The notes under the pieces: model-generated
The model's database searches: none
The model's input: the letters and a program-made list of their open reading frames with translations, nothing else
Told to the model about the DNA's origin: nothing
NCBI RefSeq assembly: GCF_006345805.1
Contig: NC_043006.1
Location: 22,134,001 to 22,198,000 of the forward strand
Origin: Octopus sinensis
Taxonomy: Eukaryota
Direction of reading: 5' to 3'
DNA length: 64,000 nucleotides
Part shown: one piece after another, positions 53,350-64,000 of the stretch
Position numbering within the stretch: position 1 is the stretch's first letter
Layout: every line of letters begins with the position of its first letter
Translations under genes and position numbers: made by a program

Positions 53350-53578
53350 GCATGTGTGTGTTTGTGAGTCTGTGTTTGTCCCCCTAGCATTGCTTGACAA
53401 CCGATGCTGGTGTGTTTATGTCCCCGTTACTTAGTGGTTCGGCAAAAGAGACCGATAGAATAAGTACTGGGCTTACAAAGAATAAGTCCCGGGATCGATT
53501 TGCTCGACTAAAGGCGGTGCTCCAGCATGGCCGCAGTCAAATGACTGAAACAAGTAAAAGAGTAAAGAGTAAGAGTAA
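53181..53578 (+). mobile_element. SINE family B, 5'-truncated
   Basis: Family match from ttaccaaccacatgg to (aagagt)n. Confidence 0.88.
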
Positions 53579-53639
53579 ATTAATTTATATATATATATAT
53601 ATATAATTAATAAATATATAATTAATTTATATATATATA

Positions 53640-55010
53640 TATAATTGATAATAGTAATAGTATGACAACAAAAGAATGAATGAGACTTCAATATTATGTA
53701 AATAGAGGAATTTGTCTGTAATATAATATGTGACAATTATTTGGTTGCCATAATAAAACTCTGAGTTTTGGATGTCAGGGCAGAAATCTGCTCCAGCATC
53801 TTTTCAGTTATTAAGACAAACAAAAATGCTATGAAAATGACCGTTAAACAAAGGGAAATTACTATGTAAATGACTGTCATTAAAACAAACAAAAGAGCAA
53901 TTAGAATGACTGTTAAATAAAGGGAAAAAACCTCGAAAGGGGAGAAAGTAAAAAACGCTCATAGAATTCGCGTATACATGTACACATATACATATCTGCA
54001 TACATGCACACACACACATACCCATACGCATACAATTATATTCATATACATGTCTAAATACGCATATGCTCATATTCGCGTGAAACACATGCATACACAC
54101 CCACCTATATTTATACATATATATATATGCAACCATACACATATACATACCTGTGCACACGCATACCCATACGCATACAAATATATTCATATACACGTCT
54201 ATATACGCACATGCACAAAAAATGCAGGGTGAAAGGTAATATACAGAAAAAATATATAAAGCAATAAAAATATATTAAAAAATATGTATAAAACTATGTA
54301 AAAAAAAATATATATACATATAAAAATATAGAGAGATAAAATACTTGTACATGGTCACAATATAAAAAACAGGTTCTATCTGTGATCTTGTGGGGACCAA
54401 AAACGTAACAAATATTTAGTCATATGTGGACATGATCCAAAAAGTTCAGTTCTTGAATTTAAACATGTAGCGGGGTCTAAGCTGCTTTTCCAGATGAGCT
54501 ATCTTTCCATATCACAAAGACCGTACTTTCCACTGCCTTTGGTGTGAGGCTTACATTTGGCTAAGATCTTCCAATGAATGTTATAATTGACACCTTTTTC
54601 TTTTAAGGACCATATACGACTGGATAATTTGGTTGTTTTTCTTTTATCCCAGTGTCTGAAGCTCAAGGTGTGATTGTTGAACCTGGCTTTGAAATTCCCC
54701 TCTGTGAGGCCCACATATTTCTTTGACGAAACAATGTCCTTAGTGGTTGTAGAATCTATGGTGGCTTCACAAATGATGGTTTCGGACATGCAAGCTCCAT
54801 TTAGCAGGCACAAATTTTTAACTCTGCATGAACAGCTGGTTTCATTTTGTAGTTTTTGTGTGTTGCATGTGATTATATTTTAAAAATTAGTAGTTGAGTT
54901 AAAACTGATTTTTAAGTTATGTCTATTGAAGAGCTTTCTGTAACTATGACTGATTGGAAAATGACTATCTATAAGTGATCAGAAATATTTACCTATATCA
55001 AAGGTTAATT
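53640..55010 (-). mobile_element. Penelope-like element remnant (Naiad/Neptune-type C-terminal GIY-YIG plus 3' region)
   Basis: DIGKYF*SLIDSHFP..RKLFNRHNLKIS...CSCR...CLLNGAC...YVGLTEGNFKARFNNH...LSSRIWSLK...WKIL...LNSRTELFGSCPH, with in-frame stops. Confidence 0.85.
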
Positions 55011-55014
55011 TATA

Positions 55015-55371
55015 TACTCTTTTACTTGTTTCAGTCATTTGACTGCGGCCATGCTGGAGCACCGTCTTTAATCGAGCAACTCGACCCCGAGACTTATTCT
55101 TTGTAAGCCCAGTACTTATTCTATCGGTCTCTTTTGCCGAACCGCTAAGTGACGGGGACATAAACACACCAGCATCAGTTGTCAAGCAATGCTAGGGGGA
55201 CAAACACAAACATACACGCATACATATATATACATATATACGACGGGCTTCTTTCAGTTTCCGTCTACCAAATCCACTCACAAGGCTTTGGTCGGTGTCA
55301 CGCAGTGGGACTGAACCTGGAACCATGTGGTTGGTAAACAAGCTACTTACCACACAGCCACTCCTACGCCT
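55015..55371 (-). mobile_element. SINE family B with an internal deletion
   Basis: Reverse complement of the family B sequence. Confidence 0.9.
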
Positions 55372-55432
55372 ATATATATATATATATATACATATGCGAT
55401 TAATGAATATATATATAATTAATATATATATA

Positions 55433-55962
55433 GATTAGGTTGTCTCACATGAAATATCGTATTTTAAATGGGTTTCTTATGAGTCATCTTTAAATGGATT
55501 TTTAATGAGTTTCTATGTATATGCCTGTTTACTCATAACTCTTTTTCTTTCTAGACCATACCAATATTTAAAATTGCTACCCACTGCTCTTATGACAATG
55601 TTGACAGCTGAACAATACCAGGTTTTTGGTAACGATTCTGTTGATAATTAGAACTGTTCAGAGATGGTTCCAAAGATTTCGTTCAGGAAATGAAAGCCTT
55701 AAAAATGAACCAAGAGGGAGACCAAAATCAGTTATTCAGCATGATGAACTGAATGCTTTGATTAAATAAAATTTATGAACAACAGTCCAAAAAATTGGAT
55801 CAGAGCTGCAGACATCTCCTGCAACAGCTTCTTGACACTTGAAGAAAACTGGAAAAGTCAAAAGAATGGATAGGTTTGTTTCCCATCAACTTAATGAGAT
55901 TCATAGAAACAGACACCTTACAGTATGTTCCATGTTAATTTCTAAGTTGGAAAGAGAACCAA
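55433..55962 (+). pseudogene. Decayed mariner transposase N-terminal half
   Basis: TIR-like attaggttg; RTVQRWFQRFRSGNESLKNEPRGRP...HLKKTGKVKRMDRFVSHQL (WVPHEL remnant). Confidence 0.82.
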
Positions 55963-55979
55963 TATATATATATATATAT

Positions 55980-56288
55980 GGAGGCACAATAGCCCAGTTG
56001 TTAGGGCAGCGGACTCACGGTCGTAGGATCGCGGCTTCGATTCCCAGAATGGGCGTTGTGAGTGTTTATTGAGCGAAAACACCTAAAGCACTACGAGGCT
56101 CCGGCAGGGGATGGTGGCGATCCCTGCTGTACTCTTTCGCCACAACTTTCTCTCACCCTTTCTTCTGTTGGCCTGCTCGCTTAGCCAGCGGGATGGCGTC
56201 ATTTAGAGGCTAGAACAATGCGAAGCACATTGTGACCAGCGATGTGTAGCAATATCTGATAGCCTGGTTGGTCACGGTGACGGTGATA
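55980..56288 (+). mobile_element. SINE family D
   Basis: Closely similar to 14474-14782; (TA)n on both sides. Confidence 0.88.
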
Positions 56289-56580
56289 TATATATATATA
56301 TACAAGGAATAATATTTGTCTATTATAGAAACAAAAGGTTTTATAGGAGTGCAAAAGAAGTGCTCAAATATAAATGAGGCGAAGATAAAGAAGCAGCGGT
56401 TATAGAACAAAAATTAAATTTGGGTCCACGACTTTGCACACAACACCATCCCTCAAACCATTAATCATGCATGTCTTTGTTGACCATGGTGTTATATGTA
56501 AAGTCTTCGATCCAAATTTAATGCTCGTTTTGTAACCAATGCTTCTTTATATGTGTGTGTGTGTATACAATATATACATA

Positions 56581-56750
56581 GGCGCAGGAGTGGCTGTGTG
56601 GTAAGTAGCTTGCTAACCAACCACATGGTTCCGAGTTCAGTCCCACTGCGTGGCATCTTGGGCAAGTGTCTTCTGCTATAGCCCCGGGCCAACCAATGCC
56701 TTGTGAGTGGATTTGGCAGATGGAAACTGAAAGAAGCCTGTCGTATATAT

Positions 56751-56786
<36 letters not shown>

Positions 56787-56994
56787 ATATGTTTGTGTGT
56801 CTGTGTTAGACCCCCTAGCATTGCTTGACAACCGATGCTGGTGTGTTTACGTCCCCGTCACTTAGCGGTTCGGCAAAAGAGACCGATAGAATAAGTATTG
56901 GGCTTACAAAGAATAAGTCCCGGGGTCGATTTGCTCGACTAAAGGCGGTGCTCCAGCATGGCCGCAGTCAAATGACTGAAAAGAGTAAAAGAGT
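56581..56994 (+). mobile_element. SINE family B, full length
   Basis: Family match. Confidence 0.92.
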
Positions 56995-57284
56995 ATATAA
57001 TATATATATATTCTTTTATTCTTTTATCTGTTTCAGTCATTAGACTGCAGCTATGCTGGGGAAGCACCTTGAAGGATTTTAGTTGAATAGATCAAGCCCA
57101 GTACGTTTTATTTTCATAAGCCTGGTACTTATTCTCTCAATCTGTTAAGCAACCACTAAGCTACAGGGATATAAACACACCAACACCTGTTGTCAAGCAG
57201 TGGTGGGGGAGGCAGACACAGAGATATACACATATACATATATATAAATAATGGGCTTCTTTTAGTTTCTGTCTACCAAGTCAT

Positions 57285-57628
57285 GTCATGTTGCATGGCC
57301 TATGAGGGTAGTTGATCAGCGAGGGCTGGAGGTGTTCGACAATGACTATCTCCATCGCATTGATCGGGTTTCTACAGCCGGTCTTCGTCATCGCCTGAAT
57401 CTCCGGCCCCTCCCTTTGGTGCTTCTACAATGGTGCTTAAGGTGGTTCGGTCATGCGGCCCGGTGTCCGGAGGGTGAGCTGATTCACAATGTCCTCCTCT
57501 CACCTCTACTTCCCAGCTGGTGCAAACTCAAGGGCGGGCAGCTGAAGACCTAGGCAACGACAATAAAGGAGGACCTCTCCGAACGCTCAGGTCCACAGGT
57601 AGTTGGTCTGTGCAGATGGAACCGCGAA
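57285..57628 (+). pseudogene. RTE-clade LINE C-terminal fragment
   Basis: WPMRVVDQRGLEVFDNDYLHRI...LRWFGHAAR...W.KLKGGQLKT*ATTIKEDL. Confidence 0.8.
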
Positions 57629-58994
57629 TTTCCACTTTCACATACTTTCATGAATTAAATTATAGTGCACTGGGCTAGAGTTTTATTGATGGATACCTTC
57701 CAGTCACCAATAACCTTTTACTTCCAAGCAGAGTAATAATTTCCCAATTTATCAAACAACAGCCCAGACATGCTTTTGTGGTGGACTGCAAAGCAAACAA
57801 CACTGTCAAGAAGACACTGTTTACAAACCAGTGAAGGTCAAGGAAATATGAACAAACACAAATGCACACAAGCACAGACACATATACATATGCATAAGAC
57901 AAGCTTCTTTTAGTTTCCAACAAATCCATTCACAAGACTTTGGTTGATCCAGAGCTATAACCAGAGACAGGATGGGCATCTGGGGTCTTCTACAATAGTT
58001 CTGAGCCAACCAAAGCCTTGTGAGTGGATTAAGTGGACAGAAACTAAGAGAAGCCTGCTGATGTGTGTATGCACATGTGTATGTGTGTGCCTTTGTCTTG
58101 ACATCGTGTTTCCAAGCATTTCCCCATGATCAGATGTTTTTCAAGGAAGACCAGAAAAGAACGACATTGATTGTATGATGGTGATACTCATTGACAACCG
58201 TTACATGAAGTCAAGAGAAAACACACGTGCAAAAATGAGCTTTTAGTTTCCGTCTACAAAAGCCACTCGCAAGGATTTAGTTGGGTTGGGACTACCATAA
58301 AAGACATTCGCTCAAGGCACCACACAGTGGGACTGAAACTGAAACCAAGAGGTTTGTAAGCAAGCTTCTTAGTCATATAGCCATATAAAGACACAATCTC
58401 ACAATGTCTTCTAATTGTCTGAGGTATTCAGTAGAGAAAAGTGAGCTCATCAAATATTGGTTTGTGTGTTGCTAAAGTAGAACCATCATGCCAGTACTTC
58501 AATAAGGAGAGAGAGAGAGAGAGAGAGACAGACAGAGACAGAGAAAGAGAGAGAGAGAGAGACAGAGACAGACAGACAGACAGATTGAGTGATTATGCAT
58601 AATGATTAGATTTGTGAAGTTGACAACTTTTGTCATTCTAAATCAGTTTGATGTTATTACATTCGGAATTTGTTCTAGAGCTTGACGGTTGTTGCTGTTA
58701 AGTATATTAATGATTCTTATAAATTATAAAAACTGACAAGACCGGAATCAACCCCTTAACAACTAATTTAAAGTACATATTTACAATGTCTTTCAGTGCT
58801 TTGTTTAGAATATTTGCAGCAAATATTTCTCAATGTTTTAATGTTTTTATGTTTTATTTATTAATAGAAAATTAAAAAAATAAAAAATAAAATAATATAA
58901 ACATGGTTTTTAAAACTACCCACAGAGTTACAAGTTAGACAAGTCCAAAATTACTATTTCTTTTATTTATGTTGTTAACTGTATGTTTACTCAC

Positions 58995-59063
58995 AGGTAA
59001 AGGGGTTGGTAGTACTCAGGGAATATGGAGTCATTCCGCTTTTCAGAAATGTTCTATGTAGCT
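58995..59063 (-). CDS. Putative 69-bp exon, (X)LHRTFLKSGMTPYSLSTTNPFT, phase 1-1
   Basis: Acceptor catttcag and donor CCT|gtgagt; one open frame; length divisible by 3; non-repeat context. Confidence 0.45.
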
Positions 59064-59317
59064 CTGAAATGTTACGTTCGCACACAGACACACAGACAAA
59101 ACAAACAGTGCAATAGAAAGGACTAGTATAGAGTTCTATGAAAACGGTTAAAAACAAGAGAGGTGTGCTGGAAATAAACACATGTTGAATGACAATATTG
59201 CTTAGCAACAATTGTCTTGCAGCAAAATGCTTTTGCCTTTTTTGTTTTTATAGTTTCCTCTAAGCAGATTAGTTGTATGTGTGTGAGTGGACATGTGTGC
59301 ATTGAAATCTCTATATG

Positions 59318-59373
<56 letters not shown>

Positions 59374-60265
59374 GTAGGTGGGTATTGTTCTGTTTGTGTG
59401 CTAGATATCTGTATTTCTGTATTCACGCAAGCGCGTGCCTTATTTTCAGCCTTTATATCAGAATTAATTCTCGGATAAAGACTGAAAATAATAACAACCG
59501 CTTCTTACATAAAAAAAATAAAAATAAAAAACAAAATCCGCTAAAACTATAATAATTACAATTATTCTCATCAACAGTAACAGCAATAATGCCTTTATTC
59601 CACATATGGCCTTAGGGAAGTATTTTTTTTTTCAATGCAAAGCTTAGCAAGTGCATTAAAATGAAGAGCTAAAATAAATGGAAAGCCTAAACAATCCACA
59701 CAAAAAACTATTGTACCATAAACTAAAAAATTAAATACAATTGGTGTCCTAAGAGTGAAAAAAAAAAAAACCTTATCAGTGCAAGTGAACCACAAAATCG
59801 GATAATTCGTCCTTGGTTACCGCTGAGAGATGGCACTGCAGGTTTGATACATCGGTTTTTATGTCTGTTTTTCCATGTCACTAATCTCTATCTGTTTTTT
59901 TTTTTAAGCAAGAGATCTCCTATTTCACATGTCTTTGAAGGTACAGAGCCAGTAGATAATTTGTCAATAGGAGAGATGACAAGAACATCACCACTTATAG
60001 CTGCAAATTTTGGAAGAAGTGTAAATATTAACAAGCATACAAACACACCAGTGCACATACATACAAACATAGATTTATACACACACACACACACATATAC
60101 ATATACACACATATACACACAAAACACAGGGGTTTAGTTCACAGGTGATCTAAACAGTTAGGTACGCTAGGTAAGTGCTGTTACAGATTACTAAGGCTCC
60201 AAGGTTATAGCTGAGCCAGTAGTTATGGAGCCATTGCAGATTTCCAATATAGAGGATAGATAATA

Positions 60266-60746
60266 GTTAAAGAGGACAACAAACGTTAAGACAAGGCCAA
60301 CATCTCAAATCATATACCTTATTATTATTGGGAAAAAAATTCAGTCTTGCAGCTGTTTCTGGGATATCCCAGAGTATGGGATATTCTATCACTGGAGACA
60401 AATAGGGAAAATGAGAAGGGTAAAGATTAATGAAATGACGACGCAGAGGACGGGAGTAAATGAATAAGGAGATGAAGAGAGAGAAGAAAAAAGAAGCATA
60501 AAAGTTCACAGTTCAACTTTCCGATCTTGTAGAAGTAAGTCCATAAGTCTGTTTTTTGTTTTGTTTTTCCATGCTAGCATGGGTTAGACAAATATATTAG
60601 TCAAGCAAACCTTCCATGTCACTAATCTCTATCTGTTTTTATTTTAATCCCAGAAACAGCTCTAAGACTGAATTATTTTTCCAATAATAATAATGTATAT
60701 GACTTGAGATGTTTGCCTTGCCTTAACGTTTGTTGTCCTCTTTAAC
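60266..60746. repeat. Fold-back element with ~100-bp inverted arms
   Basis: gttaaagaggacaacaaacgttaag...cagctgtttctgggat (60266-60366) versus atcccagaaacagct...cttaacgtttgttgtcctctttaac (60647-60746). Confidence 0.85.
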
Positions 60747-61121
60747 AATTATATATATATATATATATATATAGACAGACAGATGATACACATATAGATG
60801 GATGGATTCATCGATTCATCTACATCCCTATAACTTAGCAGTTCAGCAAAGCAGACCAATGAAACAAGTACCAGGCTTAAAAATAAGTACTTAGGTTCAT
60901 TTTTTTTCCAATTAAATAATTCAAGGAAGTACCCCAGCATGGCCGCAGTCCAATGACTGAAACAAATAATGCTATAGTAGAAGATGCTTGCCCTAGGTGC
61001 CACACAGCAAGACTGAACCTGAAACCATAGTTGCAAAGTAAACTTCTAAACCACAGAACCATGCCTGCACCTGTAAGTGTGTGTATGTGCATACACACAT
61101 TATTGTCATTTAGCCTCCTAC

Positions 61122-61153
<32 letters not shown>

Positions 61154-61312
61154 CTTATTATATATTGATCATTCATTTTTATACTTTTTGAGATCCAGTT
61201 ATATGTTTTATAAAATATATTTTATTTGTTTTTTTGTTTGGTTATGTCTATCACTGTTTTAGTTGCATAATAGTGGTTTTATCTCTAATTTATATATATA
61301 TATTATATATAT

Positions 61313-61383
<71 letters not shown>

Positions 61384-61391
61384 ATATAATA

Positions 61392-61793
61392 GGCGCAGGA
61401 GTAGCTGTGTGGTAAGTAGCTTGCTAACCAACCACATAGTTCCGGGTTCAGTCCCACTGCATGGCATCTTGGGCAAGTGTCTTCTGCTATAGCCCCAGGC
61501 CGACCAATGCCTGTGAGTGGATTTGGTAGACGGAAACTGAAAGAAGCCTGTCGTATATATGTATATATATATATATATATGGGGGGAGTCTGTGTTTGTC
61601 CTCCTAGCATTGCTTGACAACCGATGCTGGTGTGTTTACGTCCCCGTCACTTAGTGGTTCGGCAAAAGAGACCGATAGAATAAGTACTGGGCTTACAAAG
61701 AATAAGTGCCGGGGTCGATTTGCTCGACTAAAGGCGGTGCTCCAGCATGGCCGCAGTCAAATGACTGAAACAAGTAAAAGAGTAAAAGAGTAA
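61392..61793 (+). mobile_element. SINE family B, full length
   Basis: Family match; (TA)n on both sides. Confidence 0.92.
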
Positions 61794-62165
61794 TATATAT
61801 ATATATGCGACAGTGAATAATGTAGACAGTTTCTGTCTACATTATTCACTTACAAGGCAGTGATTGTCTCAGGGTTATAGAAGAAGGCATTTGCCAAAAG
61901 TGGTGCATAATGAGACTGGATTTGAAACACTATGGTTGTGAAATGCCTGAATAATTTTAAAACACATGTCATCTACACACAGAAGGAATATTCCTAGCTT
62001 TTTTTTTTTTCTTTTAGTCTTAACATGCCAATTCTGACCGCTGCCAAATATTAAATCAATCTATTGAATCCTTTTTACCTACCATTTCTTTCCTCTGGAA
62101 TTAATTTCCTTTTCTCATCAAACCTACAGAACTGTAATTTGAAACCGTACTGAATGTTAACCATG

Positions 62166-62630
62166 TTAATGCCACTTGACAATCCCATTCTCCCAGGCAA
62201 AGAGGACATAGAGGATGAAATTCGAGCAGGGGCACTGCTCCTGCTCCTTCTCATCAGGATGATAAATTAAAGATAATACGCGACACAAAATAAACTGTAC
62301 CCCCATGATTAATGCATTAACAGTGAACAGCAATGCACATATGCAGTACCAATACATCCATGCAGAAACACTGTACGCAATCACTTCAGTGTGTGCAAGC
62401 AACAGTCCCGCCCACTGCAAAAGTATTTGGCTAAGTGCATCGTCTTTGTGTAATATCATAGCAATGTGATAGCATCTTAATGTTATATCTGTCATAGGAA
62501 TGTGGTATATCCAGTTATGCTTTCCTGAATGCACATAGAAGAACCGGCGAATGCTGCATAAAATATCGTTGCTGATACATAGAGAAAGGAAAGCCATCAA
62601 CATTACTGTTATCAAAAGCAGCAACAGCAT
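62166..62630 (-). CDS. Orphan 154-aa hydrophobic ORF
   Basis: Open for 465 nt in non-repeat DNA; signal-peptide-like N terminus and a second hydrophobic stretch; no family recognised. Confidence 0.2.
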   Translation of the reverse strand: MLLLLLITVMLMAFLSLCISNDILCSIRRFFYVHSGKHNWIYHIPMTDITLRCYHIAMILHKDDALSQILLQWAGLLLAHTEVIAYSVSAWMYWYCICALLFTVNALIMGVQFILCRVLSLIYHPDEKEQEQCPCSNFILYVLFAWENGIVKWH

Positions 62631-62694
62631 CTGGTAGCAGTATCATCACTTACAAACGAGAGTTCACGGAGGTCAATCGAGAGTTTTTATCACA

Positions 62695-63270
62695 ATCGAT
62701 TAGTCCAAGGAATAGCAGAGATGGAGAAAGGCTATTGATTATCCCAAGGGAGGTGGATAAAGAATGAATATGGATTGTTCCAAAGAAAGGAGATGAAGAA
62801 AATGGATTTGTCCAAGAGTGGAGGATAAAGATTATGGATTAGTCCAAGAGTGGGAGATAAAAGACTCTGGATTAATCCAAGGGTAAGGATGAAAGAAGAT
62901 ACTATGGATTAGTCCAAGGTTGGAGATGTAAGAAGATTACAGATTAGTCCAAATGAGAGAATTAGCCCAAGGTTGTGAAATGCAAACCAGGGTATTAGTC
63001 CAAGAGCAGGGGACAAAGAAAGATTCTGGAGTAGAGTAAATGAGGGGATGTGGAATACTTCAAGAGTGTGGATCAAGAAAGATTGTAGATTAGTCTGAGG
63101 AATGTTAGAGAAGAAAGTTATAGATAAGTCCAAGAAGAGGTAGAGATGAAGAAAAATTACTGATTAATCCAAGAATGGTCGTGAAGAAAGATTATGGATT
63201 AGTCTAAGAAAGGGGAGGATGAAGAAGGATTACAGATTAATCAAAAGGTGGCGATTATGAGCTAGTCCAA
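62695..63270. repeat. Degenerate ~30-40-bp minisatellite
   Basis: gattagtccaag and variants recur about 15 times with purine-rich spacers. Confidence 0.8.
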
Positions 63271-63397
63271 ACAGTGGAGACAGTAGGAATACCAGCTATC
63301 CAAAACCTTCACTAGGTCAAGTAATGAAGATCTTGTCATCATTATTTACACATGTGTTTTTGCATAACAAATATAAGAACTAATTTTTTCTCTTTTT

Positions 63398-63780
63398 CTT
63401 TTACTTGTTTCAGTCATTTTGACTGCGGCCATGCTGGAGCACCGCCTTTAATCGAGCAACTCAACCCTGGGACTTATTCTTTGTAAGCCCAGTACTTATT
63501 CTATCGGTCCCTTTTACCGAACCGCTAAGTGACGGGGACATAAACACACCAGCATCGGTTCTCAAGCAATGCCAGGGGGACAAACACAGACACACAAACA
63601 CACACATATATATACATATATACGACGGGCTTCTTTCAGTTTCCGTCTACCAGATCCACTCACAAGGCTTTGGTCGGCCCGAGGCTATAGTAGAAGACAC
63701 TTGCCCAAGGTGCCATGCAGTGGGACTGAACCCGGAACCATGTGGTTGGTAAACAAGCTACTTATCACACAGTCACTCCT
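63398..63780 (-). mobile_element. SINE family B
   Basis: Reverse complement of the family B sequence. Confidence 0.92.
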
Positions 63781-64000
63781 GGTTTCTTTTAATGAGTTGC
63801 AGTCTGGTTTTGGGGCAGGGGATTTAGTTAACTGAATAGATCACCAGCGTATTTGTAGGTTTGATGTCTTGTTGAAAATCTAGATAGGTATCAGCATGGC
63901 CATGTGGTTAAGGTGGTTTGGGGTTCAATCCCACAGTGTAACACTTTTGGCGAGTGCCTTTCACAGTCCCCTAAAGCTGACCAAACCCTTATGAGTAGAT

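Noticed and set aside
54378-55010. In-frame TGA in the Penelope-like ORF as selenocysteine
   Set aside because: The TGA is not at an evident Cys position and the same frame also has TAA and TAG; ordinary decay
62695-63270. Short repeat plus variable spacer pattern as CRISPR-like or a coding repeat
   Set aside because: Spacers resemble each other, unit length is irregular, and the frames I translated hit stops; a decayed minisatellite

Overview
AT-rich, repeat-dominated eukaryotic DNA. The tRNA-derived SINE families, (TA)n/(AAT)n/(CA)n microsatellites and LINE remnants resemble an octopus (coleoid cephalopod) genome; this is an inference from recalled repeat sequences, not a database result. 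Nearly all ORFs in the supplied track are microsatellite or SINE artefacts. The window holds many copies of three tRNA-headed SINE families (A, B, D) and an RTE-type 3'-tail family (C). It also holds 3' fragments of RTE, CR1, L1/Tx1-like and Dong/R4-like LINEs, a Penelope-like GIY-YIG remnant, two decayed mariners, a composite Helitron with a PIF1 fragment, and several MITEs. A few short minus-strand segments with good splice signals suggest the window lies mostly within the long introns of one unidentified gene. Most notable: (i) a 362-bp terminally redundant element at 30266-30693 carrying a type I hammerhead ribozyme with a compensatory U3-A8 core (retrozyme-like); (ii) a tandem array of predicted compact pseudoknots in family C; (iii) a near-perfect 365-bp palindrome at 52091-52455. 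Repeat boundaries were read by eye and are approximate; many older degenerate SINE fragments are not listed.
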